NCBI GenBank assembly: GCA_002839375.1
Contig: PGXY01000009.1
Coordinates: 64,080 to 128,079 of the forward strand
Direction: 5' to 3'
Origin: Spirochaetae bacterium HGW-Spirochaetae-1
Lineage (GTDB): Bacteria > Spirochaetota > UBA4802 > UBA5550
Length of the DNA: 64,000 nucleotides
The translations under genes were made by a program, and so were the position numbers. The notes below the pieces were generated by a model. It saw only the letters and a program-made list of their open reading frames with translations. It searched no databases and was not told where the DNA came from. How positions within the stretch are numbered: position 1 is the stretch's first letter; each line of letters begins with the position of its first letter. Shown in pieces: positions 27,872 to 38,410 of this stretch.

Positions 27872-30340
27872 CTATTTGACGACGATATTCACCAGCTTGC
27901 CCGGCACGGCTATGACTTTTACGATGGATTTTCCCTCGATGAATTCCTTTACGCGGTCGTTTTCCATGGCCATTTTTTCCATGTCTTCCTTCGTGATGTC
28001 CGACGGGACCATTTCCTTGGACCGTATCTTGCCGTTCACCTGGAACACTATTTCGGTCTCGTTGCGCGTGGTGAGTTCATCGATATATTCCGGCCATGCC
28101 GCAGCCGTAAGTCCCTGCTTTCTGCCCAGGGTTTCCCACATCTCCTCGGCGGCATGGGGAATGAAGGGTGAAAGCATGGGGATGAATTTATCGAATATTT
28201 CCGATAAAACGGCCCTTCCTGCCGGGCTTTCCCATTCTTTTTCTTCAACCTGGTACAGGGCGTTGGTGAGCTCCATCATACGGGCGATAGCCGTGTTGTA
28301 CTGCATACGCTCCTCTATGTCTTTGGTGACAATTTTCAGGGTCCGATGCATCTCGATCCTGATTGTTTTCAGGGCATCGGTGAGCGCCTGGTTGTCGACG
28401 GCATGCCCGGCGTCGTATAGATGGGCGAAGCGGTTAACAAAACGCCATACCCGGCCGATGAAGCGGTAGCTTCCCTCGACGCCCTTGTCGGACCAGTCCA
28501 GGTCCTTCTGGGGAGGCGCTGCGAAGAGCATGAAAAGGCGTACCGTGTCAGTGCCGTATTTCGCGATGATCTCGTCGGGGTCAACTACATTGCCCTTGGA
28601 CTTGCTCATCTTGGCCCCGTCCTTAATGACCATACCCTGTGTGAGGAGTCTTTTAAACGGTTCGGTGGAGTTCAGGAGGCCCATATCGTGCAGCACCATG
28701 CCGAAGAAGCGGGCGTAGAGCAGGTGAAGCACGGCATGCTCGATGCCGCCTATATACTGGTCCACGGGCATCCAGTAGTTCACTTCGTTTTTATCAAAAA
28801 TTTCCGCCGATCCCGGCGAGGTGTATTTCGCATAATACCATGATGAGTCCACGAAGGTGTCCATGGTCTCGGTCTCGCGGCGAGCCTCTCCGCCGCAGCC
28901 CGGGCACTTGACATTGAGGAAGGATTCCATTTGTGTCAGCGGGGAGCGGGAGTCGCCGTGGAAGTCAACCTCGGTAGGAAGCAGGACCGGCAGGTCCTTT
29001 TCCGGTACGGGAACTGCCCCGCATTTGTCGCAGTAGATCATGGGGATTGGGCAGCCCCAGTAACGCTGACGGGAAATCCCCCAGTCGCGGATGCGGTAGT
29101 TCACCTGCCGCTTCCCGAATCCCTGCTTCTCGGCGTAATCGGAAATGCCTTCGATGGCCTCGCGGTTGTGGAAACCGTTGAAGGGTCCCGAGTTGACATT
29201 GACGCCGTCATCGATATAGGCGTCGGTCATGGCATTCACCTCGATGGGACTTTCAGGGTTGTCGATGACGAGCTTAACGGGGATGCCGTATTTTTTCGCG
29301 AAGGCAAAGTCCCTGGTGTCGTGGGCCGGGACGGCCATAATGGCGCCCGTACCGTATTCCATGAGAACGAAGTTGCCCACGTACAGGGGCACTTTCTCAT
29401 TGTTGAAGGGATTGATGATTTTCAGTCCCGTATCGATCCCCTCTTTTTCCTTGTCGTCGGAGATGCGGTCGGCCATGGACTGTGTCTTGATACGTTTGAT
29501 AAATTCCTTTACGGCAGAATCGGTAATTTTTTCCAGGAGCGGGTGCTCCGGGGCGATGACCATGAAGGTAACGCCGTACACCGTGTCGGGCCGCGTCGTG
29601 TATATAGGGAAATCCTCTCCTGATTCCAGTTTAAAAGTTATCTCCAGTCCCTTTGACCGGCCGATCCAGTTGCGCTGCATGGTGATGACCTGCTCCGGCC
29701 ATGTATCCTTCAGTTCTTCATGTCCCGCCAGGAGCCGTTCGGCATAGGCGGTTATCCTGAAGAACCACTGTTCCAGGTCCTTCTGGTGTACCTCGGAATC
29801 GCAGCGCCAGCACACACCGTTTTCCGCCTGCTCATTGGCCAGGACGGTCTGGCACGAGGGACACCAGTTTACCGATGATTTTTTCTTGTACACCAGACCC
29901 TTCTCGAGCATTTTTACAAACAGCCACTGGTTCCATTGGTAATATTCCGGCTTATAGGTGGCCAGCTCCCTGGTCCAGTCATAGGAAAAGCCCATGCGGC
30001 GGAGCTGCTTTTTCATGTTGTCGATATTTTCCGCCGTCCATTTGTGCGGCGGTATATTGTTCTTGATAGCGGCGTTCTCAGCTGGAAGGCCGAAGGAGTC
30101 CCATCCAATGGGATGAAAAACGTTTTTCCCCTTCATTTTCATGTACCGCGACACGATGTCGCCGATGGTGTAATTTCTCGCGTGTCCCATGTGAAGGCGT
30201 CCCGAGGGATAGGGGAACATCTCCAGGACATAATATTTTTCTTTCGAGGGATCAACGGTGTTCTTAAAGGCACCGTCCTCTTCCCATTTTTTCTGCCATT
30301 TATTTTCTATATCGATGAATGAATACTCGCGTTCTTCCAT
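27872..30340 (-). CDS. leuS: Leucine--tRNA ligase
   Basis: Start MEEREYSFIDIENKWQKKWEE (ATG complement 30338-30340, AGAGG RBS). HIGH motif HMGHARNY, KMSKS motif KMSKSKGN, CP1 editing domain; 822 aa. Confidence 0.95.
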   Translation of the reverse strand: MEEREYSFIDIENKWQKKWEEDGAFKNTVDPSKEKYYVLEMFPYPSGRLHMGHARNYTIGDIVSRYMKMKGKNVFHPIGWDSFGLPAENAAIKNNIPPHKWTAENIDNMKKQLRRMGFSYDWTRELATYKPEYYQWNQWLFVKMLEKGLVYKKKSSVNWCPSCQTVLANEQAENGVCWRCDSEVHQKDLEQWFFRITAYAERLLAGHEELKDTWPEQVITMQRNWIGRSKGLEITFKLESGEDFPIYTTRPDTVYGVTFMVIAPEHPLLEKITDSAVKEFIKRIKTQSMADRISDDKEKEGIDTGLKIINPFNNEKVPLYVGNFVLMEYGTGAIMAVPAHDTRDFAFAKKYGIPVKLVIDNPESPIEVNAMTDAYIDDGVNVNSGPFNGFHNREAIEGISDYAEKQGFGKRQVNYRIRDWGISRQRYWGCPIPMIYCDKCGAVPVPEKDLPVLLPTEVDFHGDSRSPLTQMESFLNVKCPGCGGEARRETETMDTFVDSSWYYAKYTSPGSAEIFDKNEVNYWMPVDQYIGGIEHAVLHLLYARFFGMVLHDMGLLNSTEPFKRLLTQGMVIKDGAKMSKSKGNVVDPDEIIAKYGTDTVRLFMLFAAPPQKDLDWSDKGVEGSYRFIGRVWRFVNRFAHLYDAGHAVDNQALTDALKTIRIEMHRTLKIVTKDIEERMQYNTAIARMMELTNALYQVEEKEWESPAGRAVLSEIFDKFIPMLSPFIPHAAEEMWETLGRKQGLTAAAWPEYIDELTTRNETEIVFQVNGKIRSKEMVPSDITKEDMEKMAMENDRVKEFIEGKSIVKVIAVPGKLVNIVVK

Positions 30341-30356
30341 GGGTGACCTCTGCAGA

Positions 30357-30812
30357 TTATTTTCCTTCTTTTTCAAGAATACCGAGGATTTCGTCCGGGG
30401 ACGATGACCTGATTATGCTTTCCTTTGTCTTCTCATTTTTCAGGATTGCCATGATATTCGAGAGCAGCCTCAGGTAATCCTTGTGCTGCCGTTCCCCCGC
30501 CGCTACGAGGATTATGAGGTGAACGGGATGACCGTCCAGCGAATCAAAGTCGATTCCTTTCTTGGATATACCTATGGCAAAGGCCATCTCTTTTACCATG
30601 TTGATCTTGGCGTGGGGTATGGCAATACCCAGTCCGATTCCCGTACTCATGATCTCCTCCCGTTCCTTAAGGGCCCGTGTCAGGGTTTCCACGTCGGAAC
30701 AGATTTCACTGTCCTGGAAGACCTGTGCCAGTTCCTCGATGGCCCTGAATTTGTTGTCAGCTTCCAGTTCCCGGATGAATTTTTTATTTGTGTAAACCGC
30801 TACGGGGGACAT
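30357..30812 (-). CDS. ptsN: PTS EIIA type-2 protein (PtsN/EIIA-Ntr-like regulatory protein)
   Basis: 151 aa. Phosphorylatable His in GIAIPHAKI, plus GHPVHLIILVAAGE. Confidence 0.7.
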   Translation of the reverse strand: MSPVAVYTNKKFIRELEADNKFRAIEELAQVFQDSEICSDVETLTRALKEREEIMSTGIGLGIAIPHAKINMVKEMAFAIGISKKGIDFDSLDGHPVHLIILVAAGERQHKDYLRLLSNIMAILKNEKTKESIIRSSSPDEILGILEKEGK

Positions 30813-31069
30813 ATGAATACCTCACATTTTCTGAATTGAAAGAGAAGATCATACCCTTTTTCAGCCCCTTCAGGTATATGTCAATGATTAATTCTTTTTC
30901 AGCCCCGTGGCTTTTTTTCTTGACATTTTTAGATATTTTTACATTTTGATGGACTTTAAGTATCTGTTTAACTGAAATTGTAAAGAGGGGCGCTGAACAA
31001 ATCCTGGAAGGCTGCGGGGAAACCGAAACGGTTTTTCCGAATAATTTATTCCTGATACGTGTTATAAGG

Positions 31070-31834
31070 TTGGCTGTCATGCATACCAAAACGCATAATT
31101 CCGAAAATCTGCAGCAGCGCTGCCAGGAACTGGAGCTTTTGCTGCGTCAGAAGGAGCAGGACCTGGACCTCTTTAAGAAGGCCGCCCTGGAAGCCGAGAT
31201 GCGCTGTTTTAAAATCGCCACGGAATACAAACAGGCCCTGGTGCAGAGGGACCGGGCCCTCATGGAACGGGAGCGCCAGATAAACGAGGTGCGGCTTCGC
31301 AACGAGGAACTGCAGGACCTGCGGGATAAATACCAGGGACTGGCCATGCGCGACGATCTTACGGGCATCTATAACCGGCGTTATTTCTTCGAACTGCTCA
31401 TCAACGAGATGGAGCGATGCAGGAGATACAGCGGCGCCTTTTCACTCCTGATGTTCGATATCGATAATTTCAAGCATTTCAACGATACCCACGGCCATCT
31501 CATCGGCGACGAGGTCCTGCGGCACTGCTGCGACATCGTGAAAGACAATATTCGTAAAAGTGATATATTCTCGCGCTTCGGCGGCGAGGAATTCATGATT
31601 ATTCTCCCTGAAACGGAGCTGAAATCGGCCGGTATCCTGGCTGAGAAGCTCCGTCACCATATCGACGACTCGCCCCTGGACCTGGGGAAACAGGAACTCC
31701 ATGTGACGGCCAGCTTCGGCGGCACCGGTTTTGACGAACGGGACATGCTTAAAACCGTCATCGAGCGCGTGGACAATGCCCTGTATATGGCCAAAGAACG
31801 GGGCAGGAACCGCGTGGAACTGGCCTACTGCTGA
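31070..31834 (+). CDS. Diguanylate cyclase (coiled-coil + GGDEF domain)
   Basis: GGEEF active site in RFGGEEFMIIL; product inhibition I-site RKSD; N-terminal about 90-aa coiled coil. Confidence 0.85.
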   Translation: MAVMHTKTHNSENLQQRCQELELLLRQKEQDLDLFKKAALEAEMRCFKIATEYKQALVQRDRALMERERQINEVRLRNEELQDLRDKYQGLAMRDDLTGIYNRRYFFELLINEMERCRRYSGAFSLLMFDIDNFKHFNDTHGHLIGDEVLRHCCDIVKDNIRKSDIFSRFGGEEFMIILPETELKSAGILAEKLRHHIDDSPLDLGKQELHVTASFGGTGFDERDMLKTVIERVDNALYMAKERGRNRVELAYC

Positions 31835-31953
31835 TCATTTCAGCAGAAATATCGAATTTTTATTGACTTAATTGCCCGTATATCTCTACTATAATAGAAC
31901 TGCTTGCCATAAGTGGGACTAATTCGTCAGCATACTATATCCAGGGGTACAAT

Positions 31954-32547
31954 ATGAAAGTTGTCCACGTATTAAAACGCATCGAAATGATCGACAATGA
32001 TATCAAGGATCTTAAAAAGCTTGAGAAGTCCATCGCCAGCAATAAATCCTTCTCAACCCCCATATACATGTCCATCGAGAAACAGATCAACATTCTTTTG
32101 GGCGAGAGGATAAAGATGCTGGAACTCGCTATCGCCAATCCCCCGGAAAGCCTGGTTGAACTGGTCGAGGGCAAACCGGAAGAGCGGCATACCGAACCGG
32201 CAAAAAAGACCGCAAAGAAAAAACCGGTCCCGACAAAGGCAAAACCCTCGTCTCCGGGAAAACCGAAACCCAGGTCAGGCGCCGATGATGATATGTCCGA
32301 CGATGATGATATCCCTATGCTCACCCAGGACATGATCGATGCCAGGATGAACGATATCAAGGTCAAGGAGGCCCCCCGGAAAAAGGAGGAGGCCAAATCC
32401 GATGTTCACGGCAGTGATGACAGCGTGAAAATACTGGACATAGCCCTGGAAAAGGGAACTCTGAGCCGGAAGGATGTTGATAACCGGAAGGATGTCGATA
32501 AGGAGAAGAAGGTACGCTTCTTCAGGGAAAATTTCCCCACGGATTAA
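31954..32547 (+). CDS. Hypothetical protein with Lys/Pro-rich low-complexity centre
   Basis: 197 aa; AKKTAKKKPVPTKAKPSSPGKPKPRSG; no recognised domain. Confidence 0.4.
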   Translation: MKVVHVLKRIEMIDNDIKDLKKLEKSIASNKSFSTPIYMSIEKQINILLGERIKMLELAIANPPESLVELVEGKPEERHTEPAKKTAKKKPVPTKAKPSSPGKPKPRSGADDDMSDDDDIPMLTQDMIDARMNDIKVKEAPRKKEEAKSDVHGSDDSVKILDIALEKGTLSRKDVDNRKDVDKEKKVRFFRENFPTD

Positions 32548-32698
32548 CGTCCTATACTCTTGCCCCCGGCGAACGGACCTGCCGTCCTTAATTAACTGAG
32601 ACCCGCCACCCCCTGAGGGGGGTAATACATTCATTTTACAATTTCCTTTAATGGCAAGTCCCCCTCCGGGGGATTTAGGGGGGGGGCACCGGCCAGCT

Positions 32699-35422
32699 TT
32701 ACTTTGACAGCAATTTAGCCAAAACAAATTCCAGCCGGTATTTCTCCAGGAAGTAAACCGCCGAGCCCATCTCCATGTCTTCATCGCGTATGCCGTTAAA
32801 TTCAATGGCGCTGATCAGTCCGTTTCCGCCGATCTGTGTTTTGATTCCGCTCAGCTTCTGCGAGAGGTTTTTGAGGGGAGTGAAATCCGTGGAGGCGCCG
32901 GGAGTTTTTATGCAGTAATAGTACTGGTTGTCGTTATACCGCGCAATGATTGCCACGGTAGGTTTCACCGTACGGAACTTCATGAGATGCAGGTCGGCCA
33001 GGAATGAACTTTCATTGGAGAAGGAGACCTCTCCCTGTTTGGACCGTGCCAGTTTGAGCACCTCTATCTTGACATTTATACGGGAAATCACTTTTTCATT
33101 ATTTATGGATTCTATAACATTTTTACTGAACTCATAGAGGTGCAGCAGGGCCTGTTCCTTGTCGGCCTGGGGTTTAACAAAGGAGAAAATATTTCCGCGC
33201 TCATCGAGGATATACATGAGCACATGTTCTTTTTTGTCCTCGTAGATGATGGAGATGGAATTTTTCTTTCGTTTGTTATAAATGGCTTCCATCATCATGA
33301 TGCGCGGATCACCCCCCTGGAAGTGGAGCGTCATGGCCTTCTTGGGGCTCACCGTGAGGGATGCCAGCATTTTAATGAGATGGGGCTGCCTGGTTACGGT
33401 GATGACTGCGCCATCCCTGTTTATCACCACAAAATGGGAGCCGATCCTGGTAACCAGGCGGAGCGACGACGGGGGATTGCTTTGAACGATGAAGTCATAG
33501 GTTTCCCTGAAAAGGCGGTCAATGTCTTTATACATTTTTTTAAAGGGTTCAGGCGTATTGACGGCGCAGTATTTTTCATAGGGCCGCTTAAGCAGTATAC
33601 CGTCGCAGAGTATCGTTTCCAGTATCCCGATGAGGGCATCCTCGGAAGTGTAATGATGGATATAGCTCTGTCCCCAGCTTGTCTTGAATACATGGTAGAT
33701 GCTTTCCAGGGCATCGGCGTTTTCGCGGTTGAAATTGATTATTATCATGTTGATGGTGTTGAAAGTCCGGTTGAGGTAGAACTCGTTTTTCAGATAAATA
33801 TCACCGCCGACGAAAAGGTTTGATATCTCCGTGAGGAGCTCCAGGATTAGATTCTGGTTTATCCTGCTGTATCCCGACTGGATCTGGAGCCGCGTGAATG
33901 TGGGATTGAAAATCTGGTTTATGGCGGTCCAGGTCATGAGCTTCACCAGGTCCCTCTCGGTCTTGAGCGTAGTGGAGATGAATTTGTCCGTGGAGCTTGT
34001 ATCGCGTTTATACAGCCGCCATTCGATATCGGTTATCCCCGCGTTCAGGGGTTCTACGTAGAGAATGGATTCATGGGGTGTGTCCTTGAAGGTGACATAG
34101 TTGTCTATCTCATCCTCGTTGGGGGTGAAATTGGCTTTGATTTTTCTGCTGAGAAGCATGAAGTCCGATTCGGAGATGCTCTGCGCCAGGTTCATGGCGG
34201 GAAGCTCACGGGCGATTTTCTGATAGCTGAGGAGCATGAATTTTTTCACCATGTTCCAGAAGAACATGATTTTTTTATAATCCCAGTTGTCGAAGTTGTC
34301 GTTTTCTTTTATATCGGCGGCGGTCCAGTTCCATTCCTTTACATAGCTGAACATGACAATGACCTTGTAGGGAAGGTTCTTGCTCTTCTGCATGGCGGCA
34401 TACTTGGACAGCTGGGGATTGATTTTAAGATAGAGGTTCTGCCGCAGGATCGTCAGGAGGTTCCGGTCTTCCAGTGTGGCGTTATAATAATCGTACACCT
34501 CTTCAAAGAGAAGAACATACGAGTCGAGAATCTTGTTGTCGAAATCACCCTTGTGAATGGCCGATTTTATTTTCTGGCTGATAAGGTATGCCTGGTCCGA
34601 ACCGAAAAGGTATTTTTCCAGGATGCCGATTTTCAGAATGGACTTGAAGGGATTCCCCAGGGCCTTTATGAGCTGGAAAAGGGCCGAACCGAGAAAGTCC
34701 TCCTTGGATATGTTGTAGAGATTGCCCAGGTCAATATAATACTCCTCGCGAAGCTCCGCCGGAACCTGCTGGTAGAGCATATCATATTCCCTGTCGCCGA
34801 TACGGGGGACCACCCACCAGAAGGGGATTTTTCCGGCGATTATAATGGAGCTCCGGTAAAACTCGTCCTTCAGGGTAGCACCAATGGTTGATCCGAAGGC
34901 CTCATCTTCATCCTCGGCGTAGATGTTATTTCGGAGGTTGCTGATATCGTTGGGGAAGAGATGCACGTCGATTCCGGCTTCATCCTTGGTCCATTTTTGT
35001 ATCTCGTCTATCTTCCTCTGAAAGTTACTCATGACGTCGGCGGGCACTCCCTTCCTGTCGATGCAGACCCAGTAATCGAAGTCGGACTGCTTCGTGTAGG
35101 CGATTGTGCCGACGCTTCCCATGACGGCCAGCATTTCCACGAAGGGGTGCTGGTTGTGGATGGATAATCCCGTTTTATGAAACCTGTTTTCCAGGTATTT
35201 GATCGTTTCCCGGTCGGGCTCATATCCTGCAATGCCCAGGGGAACCTTGCCCTCGACGAATCCCGGTATTTTCCGGTCGTTTACGCACAGGAGGAGCGGA
35301 ATGGCATTGACGACCTTTTTAATCGCCGTATTGGTAATGAGCTGCTGGAATCGGTCGAACTTGGCCCTGTTAAAGGTGAGAAAATTCTCCCGGTTTTTTT
35401 CGATTGTTTCTATAAATGACAT
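32699..35422 (-). CDS. cyaA: Class I adenylate cyclase (CyaA-like)
   Basis: 907 aa. N-terminal region aligns by eye to E. coli CyaA catalytic-domain motifs: [30 protein letters not shown] vs [38 protein letters not shown] vs [31 protein letters not shown] vs [23 protein letters not shown]. Confidence 0.75.
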   Translation of the reverse strand: [907 protein letters not shown]

Positions 35423-35807
35423 GATATCCGGTATTTATCGGCCGTTGAATTCTATAAGGTTGATTTTATTTTGATGTACTGTTTAATAAGTGTTACTTTA
35501 TAAATGACGGCCCCACTATCAAGTAAAAAATGAATAATGGTACAGGGATGCGGTCTTTTTAGTGCAGGTGAAAATTTAAAAAATTTAATAATAGACATTA
35601 GCATTGCCTGAAATAGGTTGGTATTTTGGCCGCGTATGCCGGGCATGATAAAAAAGAGAAGGTAAATTATCGGCATATACTGAATGCCGTTGCAGATTTA
35701 ACATTGACAGGAATTTTCAGCGATGCAAACATATTTTGAATGGTTGCATCGGTATATGTAAAATATTATTTTTGGATATTAAAATTTTATCCACCAGGAT
35801 GTGAAGA

Positions 35808-38240
35808 ATGATGGAAATTGATGAAATTATGATCGAAGGGAGCGATATATCAATCGATACGGACCTGATTGAGAGCGAGCTCGTCTCTATCGATCAGACA
35901 TTACCGGGACAGCTGTATATCATACCCATCCGGTACCGTCCCATTTTCCCCGGTATCGTTACCCCCCTGATCATTTCCCAGGGACGGTTCACCGATGCCA
36001 TTGACAAGGTGCTCAATGAATCACGAACCGTGGGGCTTGTCCTTATTAAAGACGATGAAAAGGATGAAATCGACTCCGAGGATCTCTACAACTTCGGAAC
36101 GGCGGTTAAGATACTGAAAAAAATCAATCTTCCCGACGGCGGTGTGAATGTTCTCATTAACAGCGTAAAGCGCTTCAGGATAAACGAGGTCATTTCCAAT
36201 AAAAAATTTCTCGTGGCCGATGTGGAATACATGGACGATCGGTTGGGAAGCGTTAAAAGCATTGAAATCAAGGCTCTGACCCGCGAGGTTCTGGGGCGCC
36301 TTAAAAAGCTGTCGGAAAACAATCCTCTTTTCACCGAGGAAATGAAGCTCACCATGCTCAACGTCGATGAGCCGGGAAAGATCGCTGACTTTGTCACCTC
36401 CATCCTCAATATCGAAAAAAACGAGTACCAGGAGGTGCTGGAGACCCTCAATGTGAAAAAGCGCCTGGAAAAAGTGCTCCGTCTCCTGCAGAAGGAGATG
36501 GAGGTTATGAACGTCCAGAAAAAAATCCAGGGCCAGATAAATGAAAAGATAGACAAGCAGCAAAAGGAGTATTTCCTCCGGGAACAGCTCAAGGCCATAA
36601 AACAGGAACTGGGCATCGAGGATGATGAAAAATCCGTCGAGGTCCGCGAGATGAAGAAGAAGGTCGACGATCTCGAGTTGAAAGGAGAGGTCAGGGAAAA
36701 GGTGACCGAAGAGCTGGAAAAACTCACGCTCATGGAACCTTCTTCGGCCGAATATACGGTGACCCGCAACTATCTGGAAACTATTTTCTCCCTGCCGTGG
36801 AATACCAAGACCGAGGATAAAATCGATCTGGATAAAGCGGAACGCATTCTGGAGCGGGAGCACTACGGTCTTGAAGATGTGAAAAAAAGGATACTGGAAT
36901 TTTTGGCCATAAAGAAAATCAAGCCCGACGCCAAGGGCTCTATCATCTGCCTCGTGGGGCCTCCGGGAGTGGGAAAGACCTCCCTGGGCAAGTCCATTGC
37001 CAAGGCTCTAAACAGAAACTTTTTCCGCGTCAGCCTTGGGGGGATGCGCGATGAGGCCGAGATCAAGGGCCATCGCAGAACCTATATCGGTGCTATGCCC
37101 GGGAAGATAATCCAGGGAATGAAAATTGCCAGGTCGCGAAATCCCGTGTTCATGCTTGATGAAATAGATAAGCTGGGACAGAGTTTTCAGGGCGACCCGG
37201 CCTCGGCCCTCCTGGAGGTGCTTGACCCGGAGCAGAACGTGGAGTTCCGGGATTATTACCTGGATGTGCCTTTCAACCTTTCCGATGTTCTGTTTATCAC
37301 AACGGCCAACACCCTGGACTCCATACCGGCCGTGCTGGCCGACAGGATGGAGGTCATCAGGCTTGCCGGCTACATCGCCATGGAAAAATACCAGATTGCC
37401 CGGAAATACCTGCTGCCCAAGCAGGTTGAACAACACGGCCTGAAAAAAAACAGCATTCAGATCGACAAGACCGGATTCCTGTACATCATTAACGGCTGGG
37501 CCAGGGAGTCGGGAGTGAGAAACCTGGAGCGGCAGATAGAAAGGATATGCAGAAAGACGGCGACCTTTGTGGCGAAAAAGAAAAAAATTTCACCGGCGCC
37601 GCTTTCCGTGGGGAAAATACGGGAGTACCTGGGACCGGAGATATATCTCGACGATGAGTTTACGAAAATAACAAAACCCGGGCTTTCCATAGGGCTGGCA
37701 TGGACCTCCCTGGGAGGCACTACCATCGTCATAGAATCGCTTTCCGTGGAGAACAGGAAGGGAGCGGGTCTCAAACTGACGGGTCAGCTCGGCGAGGTTA
37801 TGTCCGAATCGGCCAATATCGCCTACAGCTATATTCAGCATATGCTGGCCCGTGACGAACAGGCCCGCAAGTTTTTCGATAATAATGTCATTCACCTCCA
37901 CGTGCCGGCCGGCGCTACTCCCAAGGACGGGCCCTCGGCCGGGATTACCATGGCCACATCGCTTTATTCGCTGACAACGGGAAGGCTGGTGAAGAACAAT
38001 ATCGCCATGACAGGCGAGCTTACACTTACGGGGCGTGTTCTTCCCGTGGGAGGCGTGAAGGAAAAGGTCATCGCGGCGAAAAGGGCCCATATGAAGCACA
38101 TCATCCTGCCCTCGGACAACCGGAAGGATTACGAGGAAATCCCCGACTATATTAAGAAGGGGCTGCGTTTTTCTTTTGTCAGGGAAGTGGAAGAAGTATT
38201 CGAACTTGTCTTTGCCGGTAAAGCAAAGGTAAAAGGCTGA
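35808..38240 (+). CDS. lon: ATP-dependent Lon protease (LonA)
   Basis: 810 aa. LON N-domain, Walker A GPPGVGKTSLGKS, protease Ser in DGPSAGITMATSL and catalytic Lys. Minus-strand ORFs 36021..37436 are low-complexity shadows. Confidence 0.95.
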   Translation: MMEIDEIMIEGSDISIDTDLIESELVSIDQTLPGQLYIIPIRYRPIFPGIVTPLIISQGRFTDAIDKVLNESRTVGLVLIKDDEKDEIDSEDLYNFGTAVKILKKINLPDGGVNVLINSVKRFRINEVISNKKFLVADVEYMDDRLGSVKSIEIKALTREVLGRLKKLSENNPLFTEEMKLTMLNVDEPGKIADFVTSILNIEKNEYQEVLETLNVKKRLEKVLRLLQKEMEVMNVQKKIQGQINEKIDKQQKEYFLREQLKAIKQELGIEDDEKSVEVREMKKKVDDLELKGEVREKVTEELEKLTLMEPSSAEYTVTRNYLETIFSLPWNTKTEDKIDLDKAERILEREHYGLEDVKKRILEFLAIKKIKPDAKGSIICLVGPPGVGKTSLGKSIAKALNRNFFRVSLGGMRDEAEIKGHRRTYIGAMPGKIIQGMKIARSRNPVFMLDEIDKLGQSFQGDPASALLEVLDPEQNVEFRDYYLDVPFNLSDVLFITTANTLDSIPAVLADRMEVIRLAGYIAMEKYQIARKYLLPKQVEQHGLKKNSIQIDKTGFLYIINGWARESGVRNLERQIERICRKTATFVAKKKKISPAPLSVGKIREYLGPEIYLDDEFTKITKPGLSIGLAWTSLGGTTIVIESLSVENRKGAGLKLTGQLGEVMSESANIAYSYIQHMLARDEQARKFFDNNVIHLHVPAGATPKDGPSAGITMATSLYSLTTGRLVKNNIAMTGELTLTGRVLPVGGVKEKVIAAKRAHMKHIILPSDNRKDYEEIPDYIKKGLRFSFVREVEEVFELVFAGKAKVKG

Positions 38241-38410
38241 CTTATTTCCCGGCCGGGACGGATCGGCATGCTGGGAATAAAATAAAAGAGTCCAGGCAGA
38301 ATATTATTGACTTTGCGGCACAATAATGTCATTAATACATATATGGCATGACCATGGGGTTGTATTCCCTGTGATGCCGGTGAGCAATATCCTTTGCCAG
38401 GAGGGCCCAA

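Noticed and set aside
33140-34891. Plus-strand ORFs 33140..33823, 34073..34891 and others inside cyaA
   Set aside because: Antisense to the cyclase gene. Products are rich in Val/Gly/Phe as expected from reverse translation of a Lys/Asn/Glu-rich gene. No RBS.
35440-35807. Heat-shock (CIRCE or sigma32) control elements upstream of lon
   Set aside because: I found only a weak 9-bp inverted repeat (GATGCAAAC...GGTTGCATC). There is no TTAGCACTC-N9-GAGTGCTAA CIRCE and no convincing CTTGAAA/CCCCAT sigma32 boxes.
36021-37436. Minus-strand ORFs within lon
   Set aside because: Low-complexity Phe/Leu/Ser-rich products antisense to a highly conserved gene.
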